A stretch of 64,000 nucleotides of DNA, from assembly GCA_964016885.1 (NCBI GenBank), contig OZ024742.1, positions 131,626,001 to 131,690,000 of the forward strand, written 5' to 3'. Positions 41,320 through 57,700 of this stretch are shown piece after piece. A program made the translations under genes and the position numbers. The notes beneath the pieces are model-generated. The model ran no database searches, was not told the origin of the DNA, and was given only the letters and a program-made list of their open reading frames with translations. Source of the DNA: Eledone cirrhosa (taxonomy: Eukaryota). The stretch's first letter is position 1. Every line of letters begins with the position of its first letter.

Positions 41320-42460
41320 ATATATATTTACATAAAAATAAGATGAAATCGAAAATGCTACTGGATTCTTATTTAAAAAATATATATATATATTTATTTG
41401 GTTCCTTTACCGGTTTCGCAGTTCTGCTTTTCAAAAGTAGAGTTGAGATGGAGGGTCTGTGGTTTTTCTCACATCTGGTTGGTCTTTGAATGTTACTTGT
41501 TTTATATGGAAGAAAGTGGCTCGAAACGCCAGGTTTTTAGAGAAGTAATTTGATTGGTTGTCAATAAGTATAATAAATTTCGCGCCAGTTCCCGTTACAA
41601 AGTTCTTCAAACAAAGGGAGGGGCGGGGGATGAGGTTGTGTTTTCATATATGGGTGTTTGAATTTCTTTTTACTTCAAAAAAGGGGGCTCACGAAGGCTT
41701 TTTTTAAAATATAAATGTAATTTGATTGGTTATAAATGAAATTATGGTTGTCACGTGAACAGGTTAATTAAATTCCGCGCCCGTATTTGGGAATTTATTT
41801 TGTAGCCTTTTAGAGATTTTATGACAAACAAAAGATAATGGTCAAGAGAAATGGGATGGGAAATTTGTTCTGGTTCAGTGAATATAGCAGGTTGTTTTTT
41901 CATATATGAGTGAAGTTCTGGTTCATTGAATATGGCTGGCTCGATGGGGTGTCAGAATTCAGATTTTATATTGAAATAAAGAAAGTAAAGATATGTATGT
42001 TGATTTGTGTGCTTGTGTGTGTGTGTATAGGAAGATGATTCTATTAGTAGAAATGGGAGAGGGAGTTGTGTGTGTGTGTGTGTGTATGGTTGTTATGTGT
42101 GTGTACGTGTGTGTGGGAGTATGTTAAGATGGAGAGAATATATATATTTTGTGTGTGTGTATAAGTGTGTAGGAAAGTGATTCTATTAGTAGAAATGGGG
42201 GAGGGAGATGTGTGTGTGTGTGGGGGGGGTTATGTGTGTGTAGGGGTGTTATGTGTGTGAGGGAGTATAGTTAGCATGTTAAGATGAAGAGAATATATAT
42301 ATATTGTGTGTGTGTGTGTGTTTGTGTGTGTAGCAAAATGATTTCGTTAGTAGGAATATTTTTGAATGAACATATTTTCCTTACTTATTTGTAGTTGTTA
42401 TGTTGTATTGTCAGCGCAAACGTATGTTAATGTTTATTTAGTTCGGGTTTTTTATTTAAA
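41320..42460 (-). mobile_element. Probable Penelope 3' remnant with a long UTR
   Basis: KPELNKH* near 42430-42453, about 3 internal repeats at 42020-42355, decayed hammerhead (TTGAAAA-gcag/ctgc-GAAA-ccgg-TA) near 41405-41440. Confidence 0.45.
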
Positions 42461-42498
42461 AAATTTTTTTTTTTAATTTTCTCTCTCTCTATATATAT

Positions 42499-42968
42499 AT
42501 ACGATATATTAACAAATGGAAAGTATATTTATAAAACCATATTTATTTCATTATACATATTTCAAGGACACCAAGTTAAATTATGGTGTGCTTTCATCAG
42601 ATAAAATATAATATAGAGCAGTTTTATAAATAAATGTTGAAATACCCTTAAAGAACGCGACCATTACTGTTGGAAGTTCCGGGAACTTCCAACAGTATCC
42701 GGGAACTTCCAACAGTAATGGTCGCATTCTTTAAGGGTCTGTCAATATTTATTTATAAAACTGCTCTATATTATATTTTATCTGATGAAAGCACACCATA
42801 ATTTAACTTGGTGTCCTTGAAATATGTATAATGAAATAAATATGGTTTTATAAATATAGTTTCCATTTGTTAATATATCGTATTTTACTCCAATATTTTG
42901 TTGAGTGCTTTATATCAGCTATAAAAATATTTGCTTGTTGTATCCCAACAATTTAAATAGAACTTCTA
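42499..42968. mobile_element. 385-bp fold-back palindrome with a hammerhead in each arm, plus unique tail, in (TA)n
   Basis: Arms 42499-42680 and about 42702-42883, with a central 20-bp tandem duplication. Confidence 0.9.
42774..42838 (+). ncRNA. Type I hammerhead ribozyme (mirror copy at 42544-42608 on the minus strand)
   Basis: tattttat CTGATGA aagcacacca/tggtgtcctt GAAA t-atgt-a TA atgaaata. 8-bp stem I, 9/10-bp stem II, AUA site. Confidence 0.8.
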
Positions 42969-43029
42969 CATATATATATATATATATTCATTTTGCGAGA
43001 TTTCTTATCTGTAAACGTGTGTTGTAATA

Positions 43030-43863
43030 GATATTGTTATACTTTGGGAGGGTCATGTTGCCCATAAAACCACACGCACCTGCTGGATTTCACTTCAATT
43101 TATTATAATCAAATATTAAGGCAGTTGAAAGACCAGGTATTCCCGTAAAACTCCTAATTAGTAAATCACTCCAATTTCAAAATCCCCCTGTGCTGATAGG
43201 AAATGCATAGTCTGCAAACTACGCCCGCAAACTAACTGCAAATCTAGAACGGTAGTATATAGCATAAGATGTACTGAGGGACAGTGTAGGAGAAAGGATA
43301 AGTGAATACTAGTGAGAACTCCAGGATGGGAAAAATTCATCAGTACTACAGCAAAATGCCAAAAGAGAACATAGAGATAAGAATTATATCCACACACAGA
43401 AAAGATGCAATGTCCAGACAAATCACAGAGGCAACAAACATAAACGAACTTGAACCAAAATTAAGCAAAAAACATGGGTGGAATAGCAACATCACAACTA
43501 GTAATGAAGGACAAAATAAAGACATACAGACTAACACAAAAACCAAACTAACAAAACAAATCATACAGACAGAACAAACAACCAACTAGTGACACTTAAA
43601 TAAACACATAAACAAATAAACACACACACACATCCGGATGTAACGCATGCGCAAACTAAGTACACAACTCAAAAACAAGATGCTGTAGGACAGAAGAAAG
43701 GCGAGACACACCAAATAAAAATCTAGTCTCTGAGGATGTTCCAGAATGTGTGACGTAAGAGCTTTAACTATATAAACAACCGTCCGGTTATCGAACTGAA
43801 GGGAAATCCAACAGGTGCGTCTGTTTTTATTGGCAGCATCAGCCTTCCAAAGTATAACAATAT
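43030..43863 (+). mobile_element. Penelope-like 3' fragment with inverted terminal repeats
   Basis: GIY-YIG remnant (CIVC...CKSRTVVYSIRC; RQITEA..I.ELEPKL). 43030-43097 is the inverse of 43797-43863. Decayed CTGAGGA core at 43730. Confidence 0.7.
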
Positions 43864-44025
43864 ATGTGCATCTAATCTCTGCATGAACCCAGCCATCTAG
43901 CTGCCTTCCACTGCTTATTGCACATTGAGCACATGCCTTTACGCTTTTGGCTTCTAACAGATTCACCAATCTCTCTTCTCCTAGCCTATATCCATCTCTC
44001 CCTTTAATATTGATTTACTCTTGAA

Positions 44026-44154
<129 letters not shown>

Positions 44155-44604
44155 AATTGCAGTGCTGGTGAGTCATATTACCCATTTGAAAACGCACAAA
44201 TAAATGTACTTTTACGAATGTGAATTAAGGTGTCTTTGAGTGATTTGAATGGCTGAATTAGATATTTTAAACACACGTTCGCAGATAAAATCACTTGGCT
44301 AAAAAGAGCAACTTCGAAATGCATACATACATACAAACATGCATGCATGTATATTTCTGAGTGGGTGTTTCTGTGAGTGAGTATGAGTGTGTGCGCGCGT
44401 GTGCGTGTGTTTGTCTCTTATTTACATCACACAGTGTCACAACGAACCCTCTTCATATCATTGCGAGGAAGCATACTCAATAACGCGCAAGAGATTAGTT
44501 ATCAGCACAGAACTTATCTCGATTTGCTTGGCGTTAAGCGACTAAGCGTACAAGCCTCCCCACTGGACAAAACGCAGTGAATCGCAAGGTCAAATCAGCA
44601 ACTA

Positions 44605-44731
44605 CTGCTGGTACTCATTTATTGAGTATACTGGAGTAACGTAAAATGAAGTGTTTCGTGTTTTGCTCAAGAAATGAAACATAAGTAGGAATCGAACCTA
44701 CAACATTTTTCCCGCTAAGCCACACGCCTTC
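44605..44731 (-). mobile_element. Degenerate CORE-type SINE
   Basis: ctggtactcattt...tgaagtg...ttgctcaag...ggaatcgaacc. Confidence 0.55.
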
Positions 44732-44747
44732 TCACTTTTTCACTCTC

Positions 44748-47428
<2,681 letters not shown>

Positions 47429-47504
47429 TATATCCACTGTTTTGTATAGAATCCTTACTTCCCTTTTCTAATATATATATGATATTAATCTGTACTATTA
47501 TTTG

Positions 47505-47543
<39 letters not shown>

Positions 47544-47545
47544 CC

Positions 47546-47621
<76 letters not shown>

Positions 47622-47734
47622 TATAGTTTTGCGAGGTTTTTGATATGAAATCGTGTATCGAAACAAATAGTGTGATACTTCGAGACTAAATAAAGATGGC
47701 GTAGAAAATACAATGTAACGGGAGGAAACAATAG

Positions 47735-47777
47735 CACCACTGACGATGTTGCAGATGTGCAACGAAAGAACTTTGAT
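47735..47777 (+). ncRNA. Candidate minimal hammerhead in a (TA)n-flanked segment
   Basis: cacca CTGACGA t gttgca-gatg-tgcaac GAAA gaac TT tgat; stem I is imperfect. Confidence 0.5.
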
Positions 47778-47982
47778 AAACTATATATATGTGTTTGTGT
47801 CTATATTGTATCTGTATTATTTTTGACCGTCGGTCAGTCAATGGCAACATTGAGGACCGGATAAATTAGATTACTGATATAAAAGAGACAGAAGCGAAAA
47901 GCGAAAACCAACCAAACAGTGAGTGTGTTCTGTTATTAATTCTGGCAATATTACACAAATATGACACTCCCCAAGTACAACA

Positions 47983-48064
<82 letters not shown>

Positions 48065-48081
48065 CATTATTATGTTGTTAC

Positions 48082-48428
48082 ATGGGGTCCCTCCGAAGGG
48101 TCTTTGGAGTAACGTTACTCGAAAAGGTTTGTATCTCTGAGATCAGAGAGTCGCTCATGCTAGAGTCGCTACATCTCTGAATTGAGAGATCACAGCTCCG
48201 ATACTTCGGGTATGTGGTTAATAGTCACTGCAGGGATTTTACCGGGGCAAAAAGCAACCAACAGGAGAACCAGGGCTAGACTCCGAGCAAGATGGATGTA
48301 TAACATCCACGGATGAGGCTGGTCACGTTTGGGGATCGAGCTAGAAGGAGTGTTTCGGGGTATGCCACAAAGACCTTCCCAGGAATAAGTGGGCGAGAAA
48401 AAAAAAAGAAGTAGTAGGAGGAGAATAG

Positions 48429-48460
<32 letters not shown>

Positions 48461-48514
48461 AAGAAGAAGAAGAAGAAGAAGAAGAAGAAGAAGAAGAAGA
48501 AGAAGAAGAAGAAG
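48082..48514 (+). mobile_element. RTE-clade LINE 3' remnant with (GAA)n tract
   Basis: MGSLRRVFGVTLLEKV..SEIRESL...IERSQLRYFG...RARW. Confidence 0.7.
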
Positions 48515-49049
48515 ATATCGTTTATATATTTCCATTTTGTGCTAAATCAATTGGTAATGTTGAGAGTTAACATTTTAACTTCGATAATGTTCATGTTACA
48601 GTAGCAAATATACTATAAACATTTGAACTATTAAATTCGGTTTTAGCTACGTTCAGTTTCTGTTAAATCATTACAGGATGTTAAGAGCTAATTTACATGA
48701 ATAATAAAGAGCAAAAAGGAAATTAATGGGCTAATAGAAGGTCTGAACCCAACACGTATGAAAGGATACAATAAAGAAGTTCAGTAGTGAGAGAACTGAG
48801 TCATCGAGACAAAGTTATTTATATTCTATAATCAAGTTGCGTCTCACTATATTCGCAGCATTCAAATCCCATAGGATGAATAAAAACATTATTCTATTAA
48901 TCGATATTCTTCGTATTAACATGAATGTGCTCACAAAAACACACTCGTATGTGTCAATATGTGGATATACCAGCGTCTATGTGTATTATATGTGTGTATG
49001 TGTGTGTCATATATAAATATATATATATATTTATATATATACATATATA

Positions 49050-49176
<127 letters not shown>

Positions 49177-49340
49177 TATCTATACATATGTATGTGTGTG
49201 TGTCTGCATTTATGTATGTATATATATATATATATATATATTTATAACTACCCATTTATCTACACACATACACATACATACATACAAGCATACATACATA
49301 TATGTGTGAGTGTGTGTATGTCTGTCTGTGAGTGTGTGTT

Positions 49341-49434
<94 letters not shown>

Positions 49435-49579
49435 TTTGTGCTGTATCGTCATGAATATTCTTCTCAGACAAACGTTATTTGAAATGTCTTGAAGTGAATA
49501 AACTTTGAACCTTTCGTTCACTGTTCTTATTCTGGTGCATTGAATATATATTGACTGATTTATGCAAGTTTACCTGCAC

Positions 49580-49627
<48 letters not shown>

Positions 49628-49819
49628 CTGTCTATATAATTGTATTTGTGCGTGCGTATGCGCATGCAGTGTATGCACACACACGAAATTCATCTCCCCG
49701 GCTTGGGTGTGTTTCTCTGTGTGTGAGTATCTGCATGGAGAAGTATATGCATTATATTTATTATATGTCTAGATATACATATATTTGTGTTTTTATTGCT
49801 TAGTTATTTAGAAACGTGC

Positions 49820-49833
49820 ATTCTCACAAAGAT

Positions 49834-49883
<50 letters not shown>

Positions 49884-50332
49884 CCTCAGTCTCTCAGTCT
49901 CTCTGTCTCTCTCAGAAACACACACATACACAGACCCAAGGACACACACACACACACACACAGATACACACACACTTTCTCTCACACAAACGCGCCCACC
50001 CGCTTACACACACACACACACATGCACACACAAAGATACATACACACACACACACACACACACACATACCCTCAGTCTCTCTGTCTCTCTCAGAAACACA
50101 CACATACACAGACCCAAGGACACACACGCACACACACACAGATACACACACACTTTCTCTCACACAAACGCGCCCACCCGCTTACACACACACACACATG
50201 CACACACAAAGATATATACACACACACACATACAAAGACACACACACACACACCCAGTCTCTCTCACAGAAACACACACAGACACAAACCCAAGGAGACA
50301 CACACATACAGATACACACACACATATACAAA

Positions 50333-50367
<35 letters not shown>

Positions 50368-50710
50368 CCAGTCTCTCTCACAGAAACACACACAGGCACA
50401 GACCCAAGGACACACACACACACACACATATATACACACACTTTCTCTCACACAAAAGCGCCCGCCTGCTCACACACACACACACACGCACACACAAAGA
50501 TATACACACACACAGACATACAAATACACACACACACACACACACACAGTCTCTCTCACAGAAACACACACAGACACAGACCCAAGGACACACACACATA
50601 TACACACACACTTTCTCTCACACAAACGCGCCCGCCCGCTCTCACACACACACACGCACACACAAAGATATACACACACACACAGACACGCACACACACA
50701 CACACACACA
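49820..50710. repeat. Minisatellite built on a (CA)n scaffold
   Basis: Recurrent ordered motifs cagtctctct-cagaaac-gacccaagga-ctttctctc-cgcccacc-caaagata, 4-5 units. Confidence 0.9.
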
Positions 50711-51032
50711 AATATATATATATATATATGCGCGAGTGTGTGTTCGTACTTGAGTGTTTGTGTGCATGCGTATGCGGTTGATTGATTTGTATTTTTTGGT
50801 TTCTATTTGTGCCTTTGTGTGTGTATATGCCTATATGTGAGGTCGTGTGTATATGCCTATATGTGAGGGTGTATGTTCGGTTGCTATATATACATCCAAT
50901 TTTGCCGAAAGCCTTTTATAGACCGTTTTAGCGATGGCCATTGCAAGACAGAAGCCGCAAGCCATGTGTATATGAAGCCCCTCCCACTAACCAATCCATA
51001 CACAGGTACATTCTCTTTATAAATAAATAACT

Positions 51033-51105
<73 letters not shown>

Positions 51106-51368
51106 GATACACGCGCGCACGCCCACACACATATATATATATATTTATATGTATGTATATATATAATTACACATAAGTACGAAGACGTCCAAAACCACTT
51201 CATATACACAATATCGTTTACACAGGAAAAGTCTAGAACGCACTTACATACACTGCATATCAAGGATATTCATGAATCAACTGTAATAAAACGCCATGTG
51301 TGTTTGTGTGTATATATACAAGCATACCTATACACATACATACATACATACATACATACATACATACA

Positions 51369-51401
<33 letters not shown>

Positions 51402-52273
51402 GTTACGTACATGCATACATAGATACATATATAGCAATATAAGTATATATGTATACATATGAATGTATATGCACACAATCATATTCACACAAACGCACAT
51501 ACATACAATGACTTTTCTATCTCCTGTTGCAACAAGAAGTTCGCTTTCCAACCACACGGTCTTGATTTCTGTAACATATAGTTATTTCTCCCAAGTCCCA
51601 TATATACTAAATCCATTCTCAACTTTAAACACTTCTACCTGTCACTGATAAATATAAACTATACGGTTTCTCTTATGAAACTATTATTTTAGCAAAACGC
51701 AAAATTCTCAGTGTGTATGATTGTTTATATAATCACAAACGCAGGAGTTTAAGAATAAACTCCAAAAATATCGTATTTTCACGTGCACACCCGTCCACTG
51801 AGGACTCACCACCAGGCAGTCAGTCGACTTTATTAACACTTTTCATGGCTTTGGCTTGGCTTCATATGCTTTCACCATACTGGTCAGTTTTTCTCTTGGG
51901 TTTGCCATTTGATATGACCAATTCCTTTTCACTTCATATTCCTTTTTACAATGTTTTTAAATCTCAATTTAGGACTTCATTTCTTTCTTTTCCCCGTGCA
52001 TATTTGGGCGAAAAGGAGACGTCTGTGGAGTCTGTTGTTTGTCCATCGTGACATTTATCCCTACCATCGTAAGTTTCTATCAATGAGGATTTTTATCATA
52101 GGAAACAGACCAGCATGACGGAGGATCTCTTCATTCCTTATATTCTCAAACAGAGTAATATTCAAGATATAAAATAAAAAACACATACACATACAAAACA
52201 CTCACACACATACTCTATATTCAGAAAATATAACAACAGAAAATAACATATGGTGTCTAACAGAATGCTTTTC

Positions 52274-52355
<82 letters not shown>

Positions 52356-52620
52356 CTTTCTCTTCTTCTCTCTCACTCTCTCTTTCTCTCTCTTCATATA
52401 TATATATATATATGTTACCCTGTTTAGCTTGCTTCGTTTTTTGGGGGTCCGGTGGATGATAGCTTCATGACCGCCGTTTTCAGTTTGTCTGGCCTCTATA
52501 ACCTATGTTAATTGCTCTGGTCGTCATTTATTTCCATTGAGCGCTTGCCGCATATCTCCAAAATTGCGTTTTGCTTTGTTTTATACCACAGCCGAAATAC
52601 GATCTCGCTGAAATTATATT

Positions 52621-52708
<88 letters not shown>

Positions 52709-52716
52709 TATATAAT

Positions 52717-52930
52717 GTATTGTTATACTTTAGGAGGGTCATGCTGCCAATAAAAAACACACGCACCTCTTGTTTTCACTTCAATTTATTATACATTTCC
52801 GATTGGTTGGTTGGTTCGATAACCAGATGGTCGTTTATATATTGTCAAAGCTATGTGACCTCCTCAGTAACTAGGTTTTGATTTTGTGTCTCTCCTTTAT
52901 AAAGTCCAACAACATCACTAGTCGGTAGGG
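52717..52930 (-). mobile_element. Solo terminal-repeat fragment of the 43030-43863 Penelope family
   Basis: 52717-52793 resembles 43031-43106. 52795-52900 is the inverse of 43695-43810. Confidence 0.7.
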
Positions 52931-53108
52931 AGGCCAAAGGATGTATATATATATATATATATATATGGTCACAGCATTGGATATTCGAGTTCTGCAAGTA
53001 CTTGTGAATTTGCACGTAGCATAACTAGGCTGCAGTACCACCGTGGAAACACTTGTAAGCACACGGAATAAATTACCTTTTTACGATGTCTACCTGTTAT
53101 TATTCATT

Positions 53109-53180
<72 letters not shown>

Positions 53181-53423
53181 AGAAAGAGATACTCGATGAA
53201 TCCAGAGAGTTGTCTGGAAGAAACGACCGGCAGCAGTTATATGCATTAAACAAAAATTGATTTTTTTATATTTTGTATTTCTGCTCTATAATTCATCTGA
53301 CATTTTACATTGAGCTAATTTTCTTACTGGTAATTAGGTAATACAAAATATTACCCTTTCTTATTTATAATTGTATATAGATTATATATATAAGTATAAG
53401 TATAAATATCATTATTATTATTA

Positions 53424-53714
<291 letters not shown>

Positions 53715-53760
53715 TGCCCCCTAGTTATCGAGTATGGCAATTGCACGAGAAAAAAACAAC

Positions 53761-53815
<55 letters not shown>

Positions 53816-54769
53816 GGGAAGAAGACGCACGAGGTGGTAGAACGTCACGAAATTGCTCCCGTAAGTTTTTTGATTTTTAACATATTTAAATCAATTGTGA
53901 AAGAACAATTCTTAGCACAAATGTTGCATAAAGGCACCGAATGAGGTCCCATAAAGTTTCGGATCCATATTATATTGTTGTATCGCTCAAATATTCAATT
54001 TTGTATTATATATTTTGTATTCAAAAAAAGAAAATGGTTATAAATGGAACAAAACACCCTCTGTCTACACTATATAGAACAGCGGCAATTTCAATTTCAC
54101 CAACACCAGAAACTTGATACACTACCTATCCCATCACACTAAATATAACGGCAACTTCACCGGCATCATAATAATAATTACTATTATTATTGTCTCAAAT
54201 TTAAAAAAATGTCTCAAATTTAAAAAAATGTTTAATTCAAATTTTACGGGAATATGTCAACACAAAATATAATGAAAATATATATTAAACATACGAACAC
54301 AAACTCATAGATACTATATCAGTAACCACAACACCACCGCTGCCACCACCCCACCACATCCATCATCGCCGCCACCACTCACTCAATGCTACTGACACTA
54401 TTCCCCTGTTAACTTGAGAGAGAAAAGGGAAGGTGGTGGTAGCACTAGACAAGAGAGAGGCTAGCAAAAGATATAAATAGATTGACTTGGTGACCTTGCC
54501 ACGGACAAACGTCTACATCAACAATTATGGGACTGCTGGCTCACCCCTTCCTCACCAACAATATAAAAAGCCCCGGCACCACCACCGACATAACCAGCAG
54601 CAATAACAGCCAACTACAACAAAAAGTATATTATATTATTGTAATGCACTGGGTGATTGCTGGCCTGGAGTGGAGACAATTATTAATAATTTCATTCTTA
54701 AGCCACGCAATGCTCACATTAAGGAACCACTCATGATAATAACAATTTAAAAAAAACAACAAAAAGAAA

Positions 54770-57700
54770 ACCCCGTGACCAAGAAATACCGGGATGGCGG
54801 CCGGCGGGGAATAGCCATGTCTCTAGGGGAGAACGACCCCTCTAGTCTTGGTTGACACTCGTTCTAGAAGTGGTAACACGAAAAGATTACCCCTTGGCGG
54901 ATAAGGATAAAACGCGACAAAATAAAGTAGATGTCTAATGATGAAATCTCATACCGGATCGGCCGTCACCCGGGTAAAAAAGGGCCGCGTCCCTCAGAGA
55001 GGAACCAGACTGGGGTCGAAAAATCAGCTAATGGTTCAAACCTTCCCATCACTTCGGAGCTGGAGACCTCCCATAACCGGAATACTCCTACTGTTGGCCC
55101 TCCATGCTCACCACCAAGAAATCCAAAGAAAAAGAGAGAAAAATGGTCAAGGGAAGATAATAAAGAAGTCCTTGAGGCTTTCTACACTGCCATGTACTAC
55201 CCATCAAATACATCGAATACAGAGCAAACATATATCAACTGGAAAAAGAAACATCCCGAAAACAGAGGCTATATTGACAGTAACAAACTAGCCAATATAC
55301 GAAGAAATATTGTAAGAAAAAAGTTACTAACTGATATAGAAATTGATCAGATCAAGCTAGTAGCACAAAGTCAGCGAAGGGAAAATGAAGCATGTGTCAG
55401 TGAAAACGAGGTAAACTGTAACACTTCGAATCCCAGAGTTGGGGCGGAATCACTGGCAACAGAACAAATTAAAGAAAGGAGCGAAAAAGTGGAGGGAGTG
55501 CATGCTCAGGATGAAACTCCAAATGAAAATAATGAGATCGTAAATGATAAAGAAATGAATGAAAATGAACTTGCCAACTTGAAGGATGAAATTATGATCG
55601 AATGGATGAAAATGAAAGAATCTGACATGGGGGAACGAGACACCCTCCCTAAGATCCAGAACTCCAAACAGAACCAAAAGATAATACACAAGACTAACAT
55701 AATTCTCAAAAACATTATCATCACAAACAAACTAAGCATTACTGACTTAAATCATCTCTATTATGCATCGGCTAAAGTCACCACTCACTTATGTGGAGTG
55801 AAGATGAAAAAACAAAGGAATTCCCACAAGAAATCTACTTGGCAAGATAACATCAATCGCCAAATAAACCTTCTCCGATCTGACATAGAAATTTTAACAA
55901 ACTATAAAGTAGGTGAACATGTTAAACAAACTAAACTTAGAAAATTGAAAAAAAAGTACAGTATAAGATCAACATGTGACATAGACATGCTGATAGAAAC
56001 AATCAAGCAAAAAGTGTCGGCCAAAGCTGCTCGTATAAGGCGCTTTGAAAAACGATCTAGATTCTATAAGGACAATAATATGTTCAAAAACAACCAAAGA
56101 AACTTCTACAGAAAAATTGGTAAGTCAACAATAACTGCTAAATCAATACCACCCAAGGAGGAAGTGCAAGAATTCTGGGAAAAGATCTGGGCCGAAGAAA
56201 AAGTTCATAACATACATGCCCCATGGATAGACAGACAAATGAAAGAAACAGCTCACCTTGAAGAACAAACATGGGAAAATATAACAGTTGAACAGCTGCG
56301 CTTGGCTCTAAGAAAAACCAGCAAATGGAAATCCCCAGGAAAAGACAAAATACAAAACTTTTGGATAAATGCCTTCACAGAGTCTCATGAGCTGTTAGCC
56401 CAACTTTACAATGAAATAGTTAAGGAGCCAGAAAAGATACCATCATGGCTAGTTAACGGCATTACATTCCTGCTACCGAAGAATGATGAGACAAACAATC
56501 CCAAAAATTACAGACCGATAACCTGCTTGACCACAATGTATAAAATTTTAACATCAGTCCTAACTGAATACACATATGACCACCTGATAACAAATGACCT
56601 ATTTCCCATTGAGCAGAAAGGGTGTAAACGAGGCTCATATGGCTGTAAGGATCAGCTTCTGGTTAACAAAATGATACTGGAAGATTGTCATAATAGACAC
56701 AAAAATCTATCGATCGCTTGGATAGATTATAAAAAAGCATTTGATAGTTTGCCACACAGTTGGATTGAAAAATGTTTAGAGATTTTCAAAATATCCCCCG
56801 TTATCAGGAGGTTTTTGTCATTCAGTATGAGGACATGGAGAACGACACTCCTTTTGAATAGTGAAACAAAATCACTGGAAGCTGGAGAAGTTAACATTAA
56901 TTGTGGAATTTTTCAGGGTGACTCTTTATCACCGCTTTTATTCTGCATCGCACTTATACCATTAAGTAAAATGCTCAATGAAACAAAACATGGATATAGA
57001 GTCTATGACAAAACCATTAATCACCTGTTCTACATGGATGACCTGAAACTATTTGCAAAAAATGATGAACAATTGCAAGGGCTATTATCCACTGTGAAGC
57101 AGTTCAGTGATGACATTAAAATGGAGTTTGGACTGGATAAATGCGCCAAAGCAACGTTCACCAGAGGAAAGCTGCTGAAGAGTTCAGACATTAATCTTGA
57201 TCGGGGGAACGTGATAAGAGAGCTTGATCAAGAACAAACTTACAAATATCTAGGTGTTTGTGAAGGAGACGGAATCAAGCACTCGACAATGAGGGAAAGA
57301 ATAAGGAAGGAATGTTACCGCAGAGTCAGAGCAATCTTAAGAACGGAATTGAATGCAAGGAATAGGATCGATGCCATAAACACGCTTGCCATACCAGTAG
57401 TAACCTACAGTTACAATGTCATCAACTGGTCAAGCACAGAGATCCGTAGGCTCGATACAAAAATCCGAAAATTCTTAACCATGCACAGAATGCATCACCC
57501 TAAGGCAGACATAGATAGAATATATCTCCCTAGGAAAGAAGGAGGACGTGGGTTAATCCAGTTAGACATTGCGTTGAAAACTGCAACAATTGGATTATCC
57601 ACATATCTAAGGGAATCACATGATTGGATGATCAAACTCGTTTTGAAACACGAAAGCACCAAAAGATCATATTCCATTACAAAAGATGCACAAAGATACA

